Source of the DNA: Treponema sp.
GTDB lineage: Bacteria; Spirochaetota; Spirochaetia; Treponematales; Breznakiellaceae
Assembly (NCBI GenBank): GCA_031267675.1
Contig: JAIRYT010000011.1
Location: 1-40,165, forward strand
Reading direction: 5' to 3'
Length of the DNA: 40,165 nt
Under the pieces are notes generated by a model. It was not told the DNA's origin. It searched no databases and saw only the letters and a program-made list of their open reading frames with translations. The position numbers and the translations under genes are program-made. Positions 1 through 8,180 of the stretch are shown piece after piece; positions within the stretch are counted from its first letter, which is position 1; each line of letters starts with the position of its first letter.

Positions 1-54
1 AAAATCAACCCACTCAACAAAAGTTTACCCGGGTTACTGATTTTAAATGCTTTA

Positions 55-78
55 CCCCCCCCCCCCCCCCCCCCCCCC
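55..78. repeat. Homopolymeric poly-C tract (24 nt) about 200 bp upstream of the gtr-like operon
   Basis: Direct reading: C x24 at 55-78, flanked by direct repeats 'tttacccgg(g)tta' at ~25-36 and ~163-174. Confidence 0.9.
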
Positions 79-276
79 GTAAAATTCGAGAGAATATCGC
101 ATAAAACCAGTATTTTAAAAGAGTATCCCCTTGAATATATAGCGGGGAAAAACGAACCTTTTTACCCGGTTAATAATCCCGGTAACAACGAAATTTACAA
201 TAAATACAAAAATACGGCGGCTCTCTTTCCCAATATTTATCTTTGCGGGAGGCTTGCGGAGTATACGTATTACAAC

Positions 277-738
277 ATGGATGCGGCGATAGGGAGTTCG
301 CTTGCCATTGCAAATTCCATCAGGGCAAAAACCAATAAATCAATTTTTTTGCGATTTCCTGTAATCAAAGAATTTTTTCTGTATGGGATTATCGGCAGCT
401 TTTCTGCCGGGGTGGACAGTTTTTTGTTCTGGATATTGCGAAAGCAGGGGATGGTCCTTTTTGCCGCCAATTTTATCGGCATAAATATGGGTATATGTTC
501 AAGTTTTTTATTAAACACGTTTTTTAACTTTAAAGCGCCGCAAAAACTGCTCCGCCGGGGAATAAAATTCTTTGCGGTTGGATATTTAGGACTGCTCTTA
601 TCCATGTTCATTCTGCATACCGGCGTCATTGTTCTTGAATTACGGGATATTTACGTTAAAATCGTTTCTGTTTTTATTGTCGCGCTAATTCAGTTTATAC
701 TCAATAAATTATTTACATTCAGGGAGACAGAGAGATGA
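277..738 (+). CDS. GtrA-family membrane protein (polyprenyl-phosphate-sugar flippase-like)
   Basis: 153 aa, ~4 hydrophobic helices; N-terminal 'KEFFLYGIIG' and C-terminal 'NKLFTFRE' resemble GtrA family signature blocks. Stop overlaps the next gene's ATG (ATGA). Confidence 0.6.
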   Translation: MDAAIGSSLAIANSIRAKTNKSIFLRFPVIKEFFLYGIIGSFSAGVDSFLFWILRKQGMVLFAANFIGINMGICSSFLLNTFFNFKAPQKLLRRGIKFFAVGYLGLLLSMFILHTGVIVLELRDIYVKIVSVFIVALIQFILNKLFTFRETER

Positions 739-2291
739 ATACCACAGAATCAAACGCAGAGAATTATTTGCTCCATAAAGCCGATGGCGCCTTGAACTTT
801 TGCGATTATTTAATCAGCCGCAAAAGCGCGCTCTTTTTGTGTATAGCAGCCTACAGTTTTGGCATGCTTCTGCTCTTTTCCATGTCATCTCCCCTGTACT
901 ATATCAATAAAGAAGTTGATGTTCATGCCTATTTTAATATGGGGAAAGGCCTGTTTAACGGCAAAGTTATTTACAGGGATTTATTTGACCATAAAGGCCC
1001 GCTGCTGTATTTTATCTACGGGCTGGGATATTTAATTTCCGGCAGAAACTTTTTGGGCATATATATTCTTGAAGCTGTCTTTTTAACAATTACACTTTCC
1101 TGTCTTTTTAAGACCGTTTCACTGTTTATAAAAAACAAACATGCCTTATTGGCTATACCGGTTTATGCCGCAATTTTGTTAAATGAAAAAATATTCGACG
1201 ATGGCGGCCATGCCGAAGAGTTTTGCCTTCCGTTCATTATGGCCGGATTGTTTTACCTTGTTAAAATGTGGCGTAACGAAGAAAATTTTAAATTCGGCGT
1301 CAAAGAAGGCGTTATCCTGGGATTCTGCACAGCGGCATTATTGCTGATAAAAATGACCATGGCGGCTGTTTTTGTTCCTTTTTTGCTTTGCGCGGCCATA
1401 TATCTGTGCAAATCAAAAAAAATCGCGGTCCTTCTAAAATTTATAACGGGATTCGTTTTGGGGCTGTTATTTATCTTTACCCCGTTTTTTATTTATTTGG
1501 TTTTGACAAAAAGTTTTAACGACTTCTATTTGGCGTATATAAAGTTCAATGCGATTTATTCCGGTGTGCATTTTAATATCGATACAATTATCAAATTCAT
1601 TAAATCGGCGCGGCGGGCATATTTATCCAATGAGCCGATACCGTTAATTATCATCGCGGGAATCCTGTTCTTTTGCTGTAGAAAAAAATATGTAACATTG
1701 TCAGGCAGAATAAGCATTGTATTGTCATTTATTTTTCTTTTATTTGTAATATATCTTTCCGGCAGAAGATATGCAAATAATTTTATTCCACTGACGGTAT
1801 TTATTGTTTTTGCATTAATAATAGCGATCAACGAGGTGCTGCCAAAAATATTTAAAGGCCGAAAAATAGAATATCTTTTATTATTATTGTTGTTATGTAT
1901 ACCAAGTAATAATAATATTAGATTTTTACGGTTTGTTTCTGACGAGCACGCGGTTGTTAAAATAGGAAAACGAATTGCCGGCGACGACCAGGCGACGCTT
2001 CTGTATTATCGTCAAATGGATTTTGGAATATTTACTACAGCAGGTTTAATTCCTTCGAATAAATATTTTTATAAAGCTGGTATTGAACCAGGGCTTTGGC
2101 CGGAAATGTTCGAGGAACAAGACCGGATTGTTAAAAATGGAGAAGTAAAATATATCGCATTGTCTACCCCGCCTGTCTTTTTGGACGAAAACTTGCCGGC
2201 GATTTTGACAGATAACTACCATGTTATTGAAACATACGAAGTGGACAGGGAAGAATACAATATAACTTTATTAAAAAGAAAGGAGGAATGA
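735..2291 (+). CDS. Polytopic membrane glycosyltransferase, GT-C fold (ArnT/PMT_2-like)
   Basis: 518 aa, many TM helices plus a C-terminal soluble domain. First-loop block 'YRDLFDHKGPLLYFIYGLGYLISG' resembles the ArnT/PMT 'YFEKPPL..W' region. Operon context with GtrA and GT2. Confidence 0.55.
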   Translation: MNTTESNAENYLLHKADGALNFCDYLISRKSALFLCIAAYSFGMLLLFSMSSPLYYINKEVDVHAYFNMGKGLFNGKVIYRDLFDHKGPLLYFIYGLGYLISGRNFLGIYILEAVFLTITLSCLFKTVSLFIKNKHALLAIPVYAAILLNEKIFDDGGHAEEFCLPFIMAGLFYLVKMWRNEENFKFGVKEGVILGFCTAALLLIKMTMAAVFVPFLLCAAIYLCKSKKIAVLLKFITGFVLGLLFIFTPFFIYLVLTKSFNDFYLAYIKFNAIYSGVHFNIDTIIKFIKSARRAYLSNEPIPLIIIAGILFFCCRKKYVTLSGRISIVLSFIFLLFVIYLSGRRYANNFIPLTVFIVFALIIAINEVLPKIFKGRKIEYLLLLLLLCIPSNNNIRFLRFVSDEHAVVKIGKRIAGDDQATLLYYRQMDFGIFTTAGLIPSNKYFYKAGIEPGLWPEMFEEQDRIVKNGEVKYIALSTPPVFLDENLPAILTDNYHVIETYEVDREEYNITLLKRKEE

Positions 2292-2294
2292 AAA

Positions 2295-2999
2295 ATGACC
2301 GATAAACTATACATTGTTATTCCTGCCTATAACGAAGAACTGAATATTAAAGCTGTCGCTGTAGAGTGGCATGCTGTTGCAAGAAAAATTGGCAAAGAAT
2401 CGCGCCTTGTCATTATTGATGACGGGAGCAGGGATTCGACGTTTAAATTAATTGCCGGGCTCACGAAGGAGCTGCCCCAATTGATTGCGCTGACAAAGCA
2501 AAACAGCGGGCACGGTGACACAATATTATATGGATATAATTACGCGCTTGAACACGGGGCCGATTTTATCTTTCAAACTGATTCCGATGGTCAAACAGTG
2601 CCAAACGAATTTTGGCGGTTTTGGGAGCAGAGAGGAAAATACGATGCTATTATTGGATACCGAAACCAGCGCAAGGATGGAATCGCGCGTATAGTGGTTA
2701 CAAAATTATTAAAAATGCTCCTATGGTGTATTTTTGGTGTACGCGTTGTGGATGCAAATACGCCATTTCGCCTTATGGAACGCGGCGTATTGTCAAAATA
2801 TTTGCCAAAGGTCCCGCCTCATTTTAATTTGTCAAATGTCATACTGACTGTTTGTTTTGTAAAATATGAAAACCCCCTGTTCCTTCCGATTAGTTTCCAC
2901 CAGCGCAGGGCGGGGGTAAATTCCATAAATCTAAAACGGATTATAAAAATTGGAAAGCGGGCTGTCAGGGATTTTTGGCGGATAAAAAAAAGTCTGTGA
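2295..2999 (+). CDS. Family 2 glycosyltransferase (polyprenyl-phosphate hexose synthase, GtrB/DPM1-like, lacking the C-terminal TM anchor)
   Basis: 'YIVIPAYNEELNI' and 'IDDGSRDST' GT2 motifs; AAGGAGG RBS 10 nt upstream of the ATG. Confidence 0.8.
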   Translation: MTDKLYIVIPAYNEELNIKAVAVEWHAVARKIGKESRLVIIDDGSRDSTFKLIAGLTKELPQLIALTKQNSGHGDTILYGYNYALEHGADFIFQTDSDGQTVPNEFWRFWEQRGKYDAIIGYRNQRKDGIARIVVTKLLKMLLWCIFGVRVVDANTPFRLMERGVLSKYLPKVPPHFNLSNVILTVCFVKYENPLFLPISFHQRRAGVNSINLKRIIKIGKRAVRDFWRIKKSL

Positions 3000-3047
3000 C
3001 ATTTTTACCCTTCCCGGTAAATACGGTCATCAAAGCTTAACCTTAAT

Positions 3048-3085
3048 GCCGCATAAGCGGCTTCCCATACAGCCGGAGCGTTTGG
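3048..3085. repeat. GC-rich hairpin 'gccgcataagcggc' plus 'acagccggagcgtttgg' variant of the inter-cassette repeat family, between convergent genes
   Basis: Sequence similarity to 'cgcataacagg' and 'acagccggaacgttatg' copies elsewhere in the window. Confidence 0.4.
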
Positions 3086-3104
3086 CGACGTGGGGCCCGC
3101 GTCA

Positions 3105-4391
3105 TTATTGTATTTTCTGCACCAATGCCCTCCCAAAACATTTTTTACCATTTTCATACGGAAAGTATTGTGTATCCTGAATAATTTTATATCCCTTTTC
3201 CAATAACCCGTTTAATATTGGCCTGGCGGATACCGCAAATGGTTTTTTATAATCATTTGGGATATAATTATTATCCACTACCAATATTTTTGAATCGTCA
3301 TATTTTTTATATTTTTCCGGTATTTCTTTTAACGGAATTATTTTTAAATTCCTGTATTTGGGCCTGTCTTTTATGGAAAAATTTGTATACCAATGCCCTG
3401 CAGCCCTTGTAAGTTCTTTCTTTGGCGTTAAAAACCAATCCACTTCGTTATAACCCGCCCATACTTTATTGTTTTTGAAATATGGAATAAACGCTGGTGT
3501 TATGGGGTTTGTTATATTGGAAATAATTAAAAAATTTTTTCCACTGTTAATGGTGAGGTCCCAATAGTCAGCTGCTCTTGAAAACGGCGGGTTTGTACAT
3601 ACTATATCCGTCTCTTTATTCAATATTTTCAAAGACAGCGGATGGTCAAAACTTCCCGTATAGCCTTCGGGATGCTCTTTGAATTCATTAAAGCCGTCTT
3701 TGGTAAATATATATCCTTTTGCGCCTTGATTGAACAAATCAACTACGCCACTGTAATGAGTACATATAAGTTTTTTCAATCCGAGTTCATTGAAATTTTT
3801 TATAAAATACAATGAAAACGCAGATGTATTTTTTTCGTTATCATCAACTGCGTCATCACAGTTGCAAAATACAACTTTATTCTTCCAAATTCTTTTATTA
3901 TACATTGTCAATTCTTTTTCAACATCTTCATACCTGGTATAAAATTCGTCATTATTTATTTTTTGAGCCTTTTGCAGTATTTCTTTTCGGGAAATCCCGC
4001 GTTCTTCAAGAGACGGAGTTGTTTTTTTTACTATTTTTACCATTTCTTTTTTATCTTCGGTTTTAATGAATATTTCTCTTACATACAGTTTGTGTAACTT
4101 TATAAAATTTGCATAATGCTGAAACAAGGGAGTATTATAAAAATATATTTCCTTGCTCTTTTCTTCTCGAAGAGCAGCAAATTTCTCTTTAACAGCATTT
4201 TCAACCTGTGCCATATCTTTTACTTCACAAGTAAATAAATACTGGTAAATGTTTTCTTTGGATTTACCGGTCATATTATTATATTCTTTCAAACGCCGTT
4301 CAAGGTCATTTGTCTTGCCAATTTTGCATTTTGAAGGCTCTAATGATGCCTGAACTATATAAATGTACTCCTTTTTCTTGTCTTTTGCCAA
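3105..4391 (-). CDS. Fusion protein: N-terminal T5orf172/GIY-YIG-like domain + C-terminal EcoRI-methylase-family N6-adenine DNA methyltransferase domain
   Basis: N-terminus 'EYIYIVQ...CKIGKTNDLERRLKEYN' is a GIY-YIG/T5orf172-like block. C-terminal half has blocks 'DEFYTRY', 'KVVFCNCDD', 'LGLKKLI', 'DIVCTNPPFS' (motif IV NPPF) and 'FLIISN', which match blocks of the M.EcoRI family as I remember them (from memory, not searched). Confidence 0.6.
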   Translation of the reverse strand: MAKDKKKEYIYIVQASLEPSKCKIGKTNDLERRLKEYNNMTGKSKENIYQYLFTCEVKDMAQVENAVKEKFAALREEKSKEIYFYNTPLFQHYANFIKLHKLYVREIFIKTEDKKEMVKIVKKTTPSLEERGISRKEILQKAQKINNDEFYTRYEDVEKELTMYNKRIWKNKVVFCNCDDAVDDNEKNTSAFSLYFIKNFNELGLKKLICTHYSGVVDLFNQGAKGYIFTKDGFNEFKEHPEGYTGSFDHPLSLKILNKETDIVCTNPPFSRAADYWDLTINSGKNFLIISNITNPITPAFIPYFKNNKVWAGYNEVDWFLTPKKELTRAAGHWYTNFSIKDRPKYRNLKIIPLKEIPEKYKKYDDSKILVVDNNYIPNDYKKPFAVSARPILNGLLEKGYKIIQDTQYFPYENGKKCFGRALVQKIQ

Positions 4392-4529
4392 TTTATGCCT
4401 CCTTCGATGATTTTAAACCATGCTAGAATATATTTTAAAAAAAGTCAAGCCCTCACTGCATGGTTTTTTATATGATCTGACGCAATGATGCGCAGCCGAC
4501 CCAGGCAAACGGAACCGCCGTAAAGCGAA

Positions 4530-4551
4530 GCGCAAACAGACCTGTTATGCG
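4530..4551. repeat. 22-bp near-palindromic site 'GCGCAAAC-AGACCT-GTTATGCG' (inter-cassette repeat family, copy A) within a GC-rich ~110-bp element
   Basis: Imperfect inverted arms around a 6-bp centre; the flanking ~70 bp ('gcgcagccgacccagg...ggaaccgcc...gtaaa') aligns with the copy at 38978-39060 in reverse orientation. Confidence 0.7.
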
Positions 4552-4580
4552 ATGTTTTTTCTTTTCATTATTTTTTTATC

Positions 4581-4943
4581 CTAAGGAAAATGTTCTGGAT
4601 AATATTCAACATATTGTTTTTCAGATACAATCCACGAGCCATTATATCCATTTCCACCATGCCCCGGGAATATATATAATGCATTCTTTTCTCCTCCTTT
4701 TATTTCGTTGATATAATTATCTGAAACCCAATTTCCTGTTTCCCCCAAATATCTGTTGCCATTCATTCTTGCATGACATTCCTCCCTTGCAATTTCCAAC
4801 GAAAACCCTATACCATTCAATGCGCTATTAATATCGTTTCCGTTTGTATCATTATCTTCAAAGATAATATTATTTGGTTTAACATTTTTATTTGAACACG
4901 ATAATAAAATTGTCATAAATAAAACACTAAATATCCATTTCAT
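4581..4943 (-). CDS. Small lipoprotein of unknown function
   Basis: 120 aa; signal peptide with lipobox 'LLSC'; AT-rich. Confidence 0.5.
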   Translation of the reverse strand: MKWIFSVLFMTILLSCSNKNVKPNNIIFEDNDTNGNDINSALNGIGFSLEIAREECHARMNGNRYLGETGNWVSDNYINEIKGGEKNALYIFPGHGGNGYNGSWIVSEKQYVEYYPEHFP

Positions 4944-5150
4944 ACCTGTTATATTAACATAGCGGTGTTATTTTGTCAATACTTTTAGAAAAATGGCACA
5001 TCCTGGTGTATACCAGCCCCCGGACAGGGACTTTGCGTTGCAAAGGCCGCCCGCCTCCAATCAACTGGAATGAGGCGCGGGAAGGAGCGTTCCCCGGCAA
5101 AGCCGGGGCTCGATTGACCTGACCAAAATGGAGGCAAGCCGTCGTAAGGC

Positions 5151-5172
5151 GGGCAAACAGTCCTGTTAGGCG
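5151..5172. repeat. 22-bp site 'GGGCAAAC-AGTCCT-GTTAGGCG' (inter-cassette repeat family, copy B) within a GC-rich ~200-bp element
   Basis: Same arm-centre-arm geometry as copy A; contains GTTAGGC (=GTTRRRY) and, on the other strand, GCCTAAC (=RYYYAAC). Confidence 0.7.
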
Positions 5173-5239
5173 AAAGGGTTAAAATCTATTGCAAAAATAG
5201 TATACATATAGTATAAAGGACAAAGGGGAATTTTAATCA

Positions 5240-6286
5240 ATGTATGATATTGCCATTATTGGGTTAGGGCCCGCCGGTGCTACATTAGCAAGATTATTGG
5301 ATAAAAAGTACAATGTAATTGCGATAGATCGAAAAAATTCCAAATTTAATAAATGTTGCGGGGGATTATTATCGCCGGATGCGCAAAAAATACTTGCCCA
5401 GTTTGACATCTGCCTGCCAAAAGACGTTTTGGTAAACCCGCAAATATTTTCTGTAAAAACGATTGATTTTGATAATAATATTGTTAAATATTATCAAAGG
5501 TTTTATATGAACATGAACAGGAAAAAGTTTGATAATTTTCTGATTTCGTTAATTTCGAATAATATAGAGATTTGCAGTAATAGCATTTGTGAAGAAATAG
5601 AAAAAGAAAATGATATATACTGTTTTACAATAAAAACAAATGGAATAAAACGAAAAGAACGGGCTAAAATTATAATTGGCGCAGATGGCGCAAATTCTAT
5701 AGTCAGGAATACATTCTATAAAAAGAATAAAATTAATAGATATGTATCCATTCAAGAATGGTATAAAGACGATATAAATTCACCTTTTTATTCCTGTATT
5801 TTTGATAAAGAGATAACAGATTCATATTGCTGGACAATATCAAAGGACAATTGTTTTATAATCGGGGGAGCATTTCCAATGAAAAATAGCAGTAAAAAAT
5901 TTGAAAAATTAAAGGAAAAAATAAAAAATACCGGCATAAATTTTGAAAAATTGATAAAACGGGAAGGTTGTTTGGTCAATCTGAATAAAGGACTTATGAG
6001 TACGTGTACGGGAAAAAACGGGGCCTATTTAACAGGAGAGGCGGCGGGAATGATTAGTCCAAGTTCTTTGGAAGGAATTAGTTATTCCATGGAGAGCGCA
6101 AAAATATTGGCAGAAATAATAAATGAAAGTTTAACGAATATAGGACAAAAATATTTCTTGAGGACATTGGGAATTAGAATGAAATTAATTTTAAAAATAT
6201 TCAAAATGCCGTTTATGTATAACAGGTATTTGAGGAAAATAGTTATGATAAGCGGAATAAAAACAATAAAACGCCCCTTCGTATAA
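5240..6286 (+). CDS. FAD-dependent oxidoreductase (geranylgeranyl-reductase/monooxygenase-like)
   Basis: N-terminal 'YDIAIIGLGPAGATLA' Rossmann GxGxxG; 'GADGANSIVR' FAD-binding block; AT-rich. Confidence 0.75.
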   Translation: MYDIAIIGLGPAGATLARLLDKKYNVIAIDRKNSKFNKCCGGLLSPDAQKILAQFDICLPKDVLVNPQIFSVKTIDFDNNIVKYYQRFYMNMNRKKFDNFLISLISNNIEICSNSICEEIEKENDIYCFTIKTNGIKRKERAKIIIGADGANSIVRNTFYKKNKINRYVSIQEWYKDDINSPFYSCIFDKEITDSYCWTISKDNCFIIGGAFPMKNSSKKFEKLKEKIKNTGINFEKLIKREGCLVNLNKGLMSTCTGKNGAYLTGEAAGMISPSSLEGISYSMESAKILAEIINESLTNIGQKYFLRTLGIRMKLILKIFKMPFMYNRYLRKIVMISGIKTIKRPFV

Positions 6287-6308
6287 ACAGTCAGGAACGT
6301 TATATGCG
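6283..6308. repeat. Short variant of the inter-cassette motif 'ATAAACAGTCAGGAACGTTATATGCG', overlapping the stop of the oxidoreductase gene
   Basis: Contains both 'ATAAACAGTC' (type-1-like) and 'AGGAACGTTAT' (type-2-like) halves; followed by hairpin 'tgtcgttaaataacgaca' at ~6326-6345. Confidence 0.5.
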
Positions 6309-6325
6309 GTATCCGCCTGCCCATT

Positions 6326-7243
6326 TTACCTGTCGTTAAATAACGACAATTCATTCTGTCTTTTTTTAGAATTATATTTTACTTCTACCTGCTTCTCAAA
6401 AGACTCTAAAGACTCCCGGTGATATTTTAAAAACCATTCTTTATGATTATTTAAATAGGTATTACGAATATCATCATCATTAAGATCGTTTGGAACACGC
6501 TCCATTCTTTCATCAATACTATCAAATCCCATAAATGGTTCTGCGAGTCTATTTTTTGTTAACTCGATATAATCAGGATTTAACTCTATACCTATACAAT
6601 TTCTATTTAATTGCTGGCATGCCCTTAAAGTCGTTCCACTTCCAGAAAAAGGATCAACAATCAAATCGCCCTCTTTACTTGAAGCTAAAACCATACGTTC
6701 AATTAAGCCTTCTGGTTTTTGGGTGGGATGATTTTGCCGGTTCGCGTTACAATAATGTACATGCGAAAACATCCAAACGTCCCCGGGATTGGCTCCGCGC
6801 ATATTATTTATCGATCGGTAATATTTTTGGGGAACTCTGATGTTATCCAAATAGAAATTAAAGCGTTTGGACTTCGTAAACATTAAAATATCATCGTGCC
6901 TCGGTGAAAACCCCTTTGTTTTACCCAAGCCCTGCGTATAATGCCATGTAATCCAGCTATTAAAAATAAAATGGTATTCTCGTTCTAAAATGGTATACAG
7001 ATAGGATATAAAACGCACTCCCATAAATATATATATAGAACCGGTGTTTTTTAATACGCGATGAGACTCTTTTAACCAATTGCGCGAAAATACCAAATAC
7101 TCGTCAAATTCTTTTGAATCATTATTATTACCGTAATCCTTTCCAAGATTATAAGGAGGATCTGCGATAATAACATCTACTGTATTTGCATCAATATCTT
7201 TTAGACGCTGTATAGCATCGCCTCGCAGTATATTGAGTTTCAT
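6326..7243 (-). CDS. Beta-class N6-adenine (or N4-cytosine) DNA methyltransferase of a type II R-M system
   Basis: Motif IV 'IIADPPYN' near the N-terminus and motif I 'VDPFSGSGTT' near the C-terminus (beta-class order); start overlaps the upstream gene. Confidence 0.85.
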   Translation of the reverse strand: MKLNILRGDAIQRLKDIDANTVDVIIADPPYNLGKDYGNNNDSKEFDEYLVFSRNWLKESHRVLKNTGSIYIFMGVRFISYLYTILEREYHFIFNSWITWHYTQGLGKTKGFSPRHDDILMFTKSKRFNFYLDNIRVPQKYYRSINNMRGANPGDVWMFSHVHYCNANRQNHPTQKPEGLIERMVLASSKEGDLIVDPFSGSGTTLRACQQLNRNCIGIELNPDYIELTKNRLAEPFMGFDSIDERMERVPNDLNDDDIRNTYLNNHKEWFLKYHRESLESFEKQVEVKYNSKKRQNELSLFNDR

Positions 7244-8025
7244 TATTCATCCTTTATCCAATGATTTTGTTTTGCGTAGCGCAGCCATTCCGAAAAACCC
7301 TTGCGCGAGGCGATACATTTTTCATCTAATAATTGACAAAACTCCCATGCGGTTCTTATTTCGCGGGAAACATAGTGAATATCCCTTATTTGCAATTGCC
7401 CGCTGCCCAATGCGGGATTATAACTAATATCATTTTTACCAAGAAATTTTAAATCATATGCATTAAAATCAACTACTTCCATTACACCAAACATCATATT
7501 AGATGCATTGTCTCTATGGCTATAGACCTTATGCTTAATAGATAAAATAATAAACAAATAATCCGGGTCTTTTACATATTCTGTGCGTATCCGTACAAAC
7601 GATGTAATATTAGGAGATTTTCCACTGCCGTCAATATCGTTGCTTGTTGCTTTAACATCAACAAAACCCGTAACAGAACTTTGTCGCTTTCGCTGCCGCT
7701 TAAATTGCAGAATAATATCCGCCATATTAAGGCGTTCGCCTGCTTCAACATTAATGAGTTGATATTTATTATTTTTATCTTCCAAGATGTCGTTGAATAT
7801 TTCAAATGCCCATGCTTCAACAAATGGCCCTGCTATTTTATTGATATTTTCCATAGGCAATCCAAGTTTTAAATTAGTGTTGATAACGATTTTATTTTTA
7901 TAATTCCGTATTGAATCATTAACAATAGCCTCAATTTGCCCAACAACAAAGTTAGAGCAATCCTGGTAATCTTCAGATTCAGCGGGTGTCTTAAAATCAA
8001 GTGTCGAATATTCCATATTTGGCAT
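7243..8025 (-). CDS. Putative type II restriction endonuclease partnered with the adjacent methyltransferase
   Basis: 260 aa ORF immediately upstream of and 1-nt overlapping the MTase on the same strand; candidate PD-(D/E/S)xK-like segment 'DPDYLFIILSIKHK'. No family assignment possible by eye. Confidence 0.45.
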   Translation of the reverse strand: MPNMEYSTLDFKTPAESEDYQDCSNFVVGQIEAIVNDSIRNYKNKIVINTNLKLGLPMENINKIAGPFVEAWAFEIFNDILEDKNNKYQLINVEAGERLNMADIILQFKRQRKRQSSVTGFVDVKATSNDIDGSGKSPNITSFVRIRTEYVKDPDYLFIILSIKHKVYSHRDNASNMMFGVMEVVDFNAYDLKFLGKNDISYNPALGSGQLQIRDIHYVSREIRTAWEFCQLLDEKCIASRKGFSEWLRYAKQNHWIKDE

Positions 8026-8163
8026 AAAATCAACCTCTTTGCATGATATTTTATAACATCAAAAAAAATCAAGAGGGTTCCGTATGGTCCGCTTTGATAA
8101 AAAACGCCGACTGCGGAATGGGGCATCGGAACACCGGCGTTTTAATTACGCGAAGCGCAATCT

Positions 8164-8180
8164 TGCCGGAACGTTATTCT
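8164..8180. repeat. 'GCCGGAACGTTATTCTG' type-2 variant of the inter-cassette motif at the island-core boundary
   Basis: Matches 'ccggaacgttatgtg' at 39134-39148 and 'caggaacgttatatg' at 6290-6304. Confidence 0.5.

Noticed and set aside
1556-1831. 91-aa antisense ORF inside the GT-C membrane protein gene, and similar AT-rich antisense ORFs (3218-3412, 3812-4066, 5549-5979, 6082-6354, 7572-8126)
   Set aside because: Embedded antisense in confidently coding genes; Ile/Phe/Lys-rich translations typical of AT-rich noise.
4392-5239. GC-rich intergenic blocks as tRNA/tmRNA/RNase P genes
   Set aside because: No cloverleaf-compatible acceptor/T-arm (no GTTCRA box). The sequences instead align with each other as a dispersed repeat family in both orientations.
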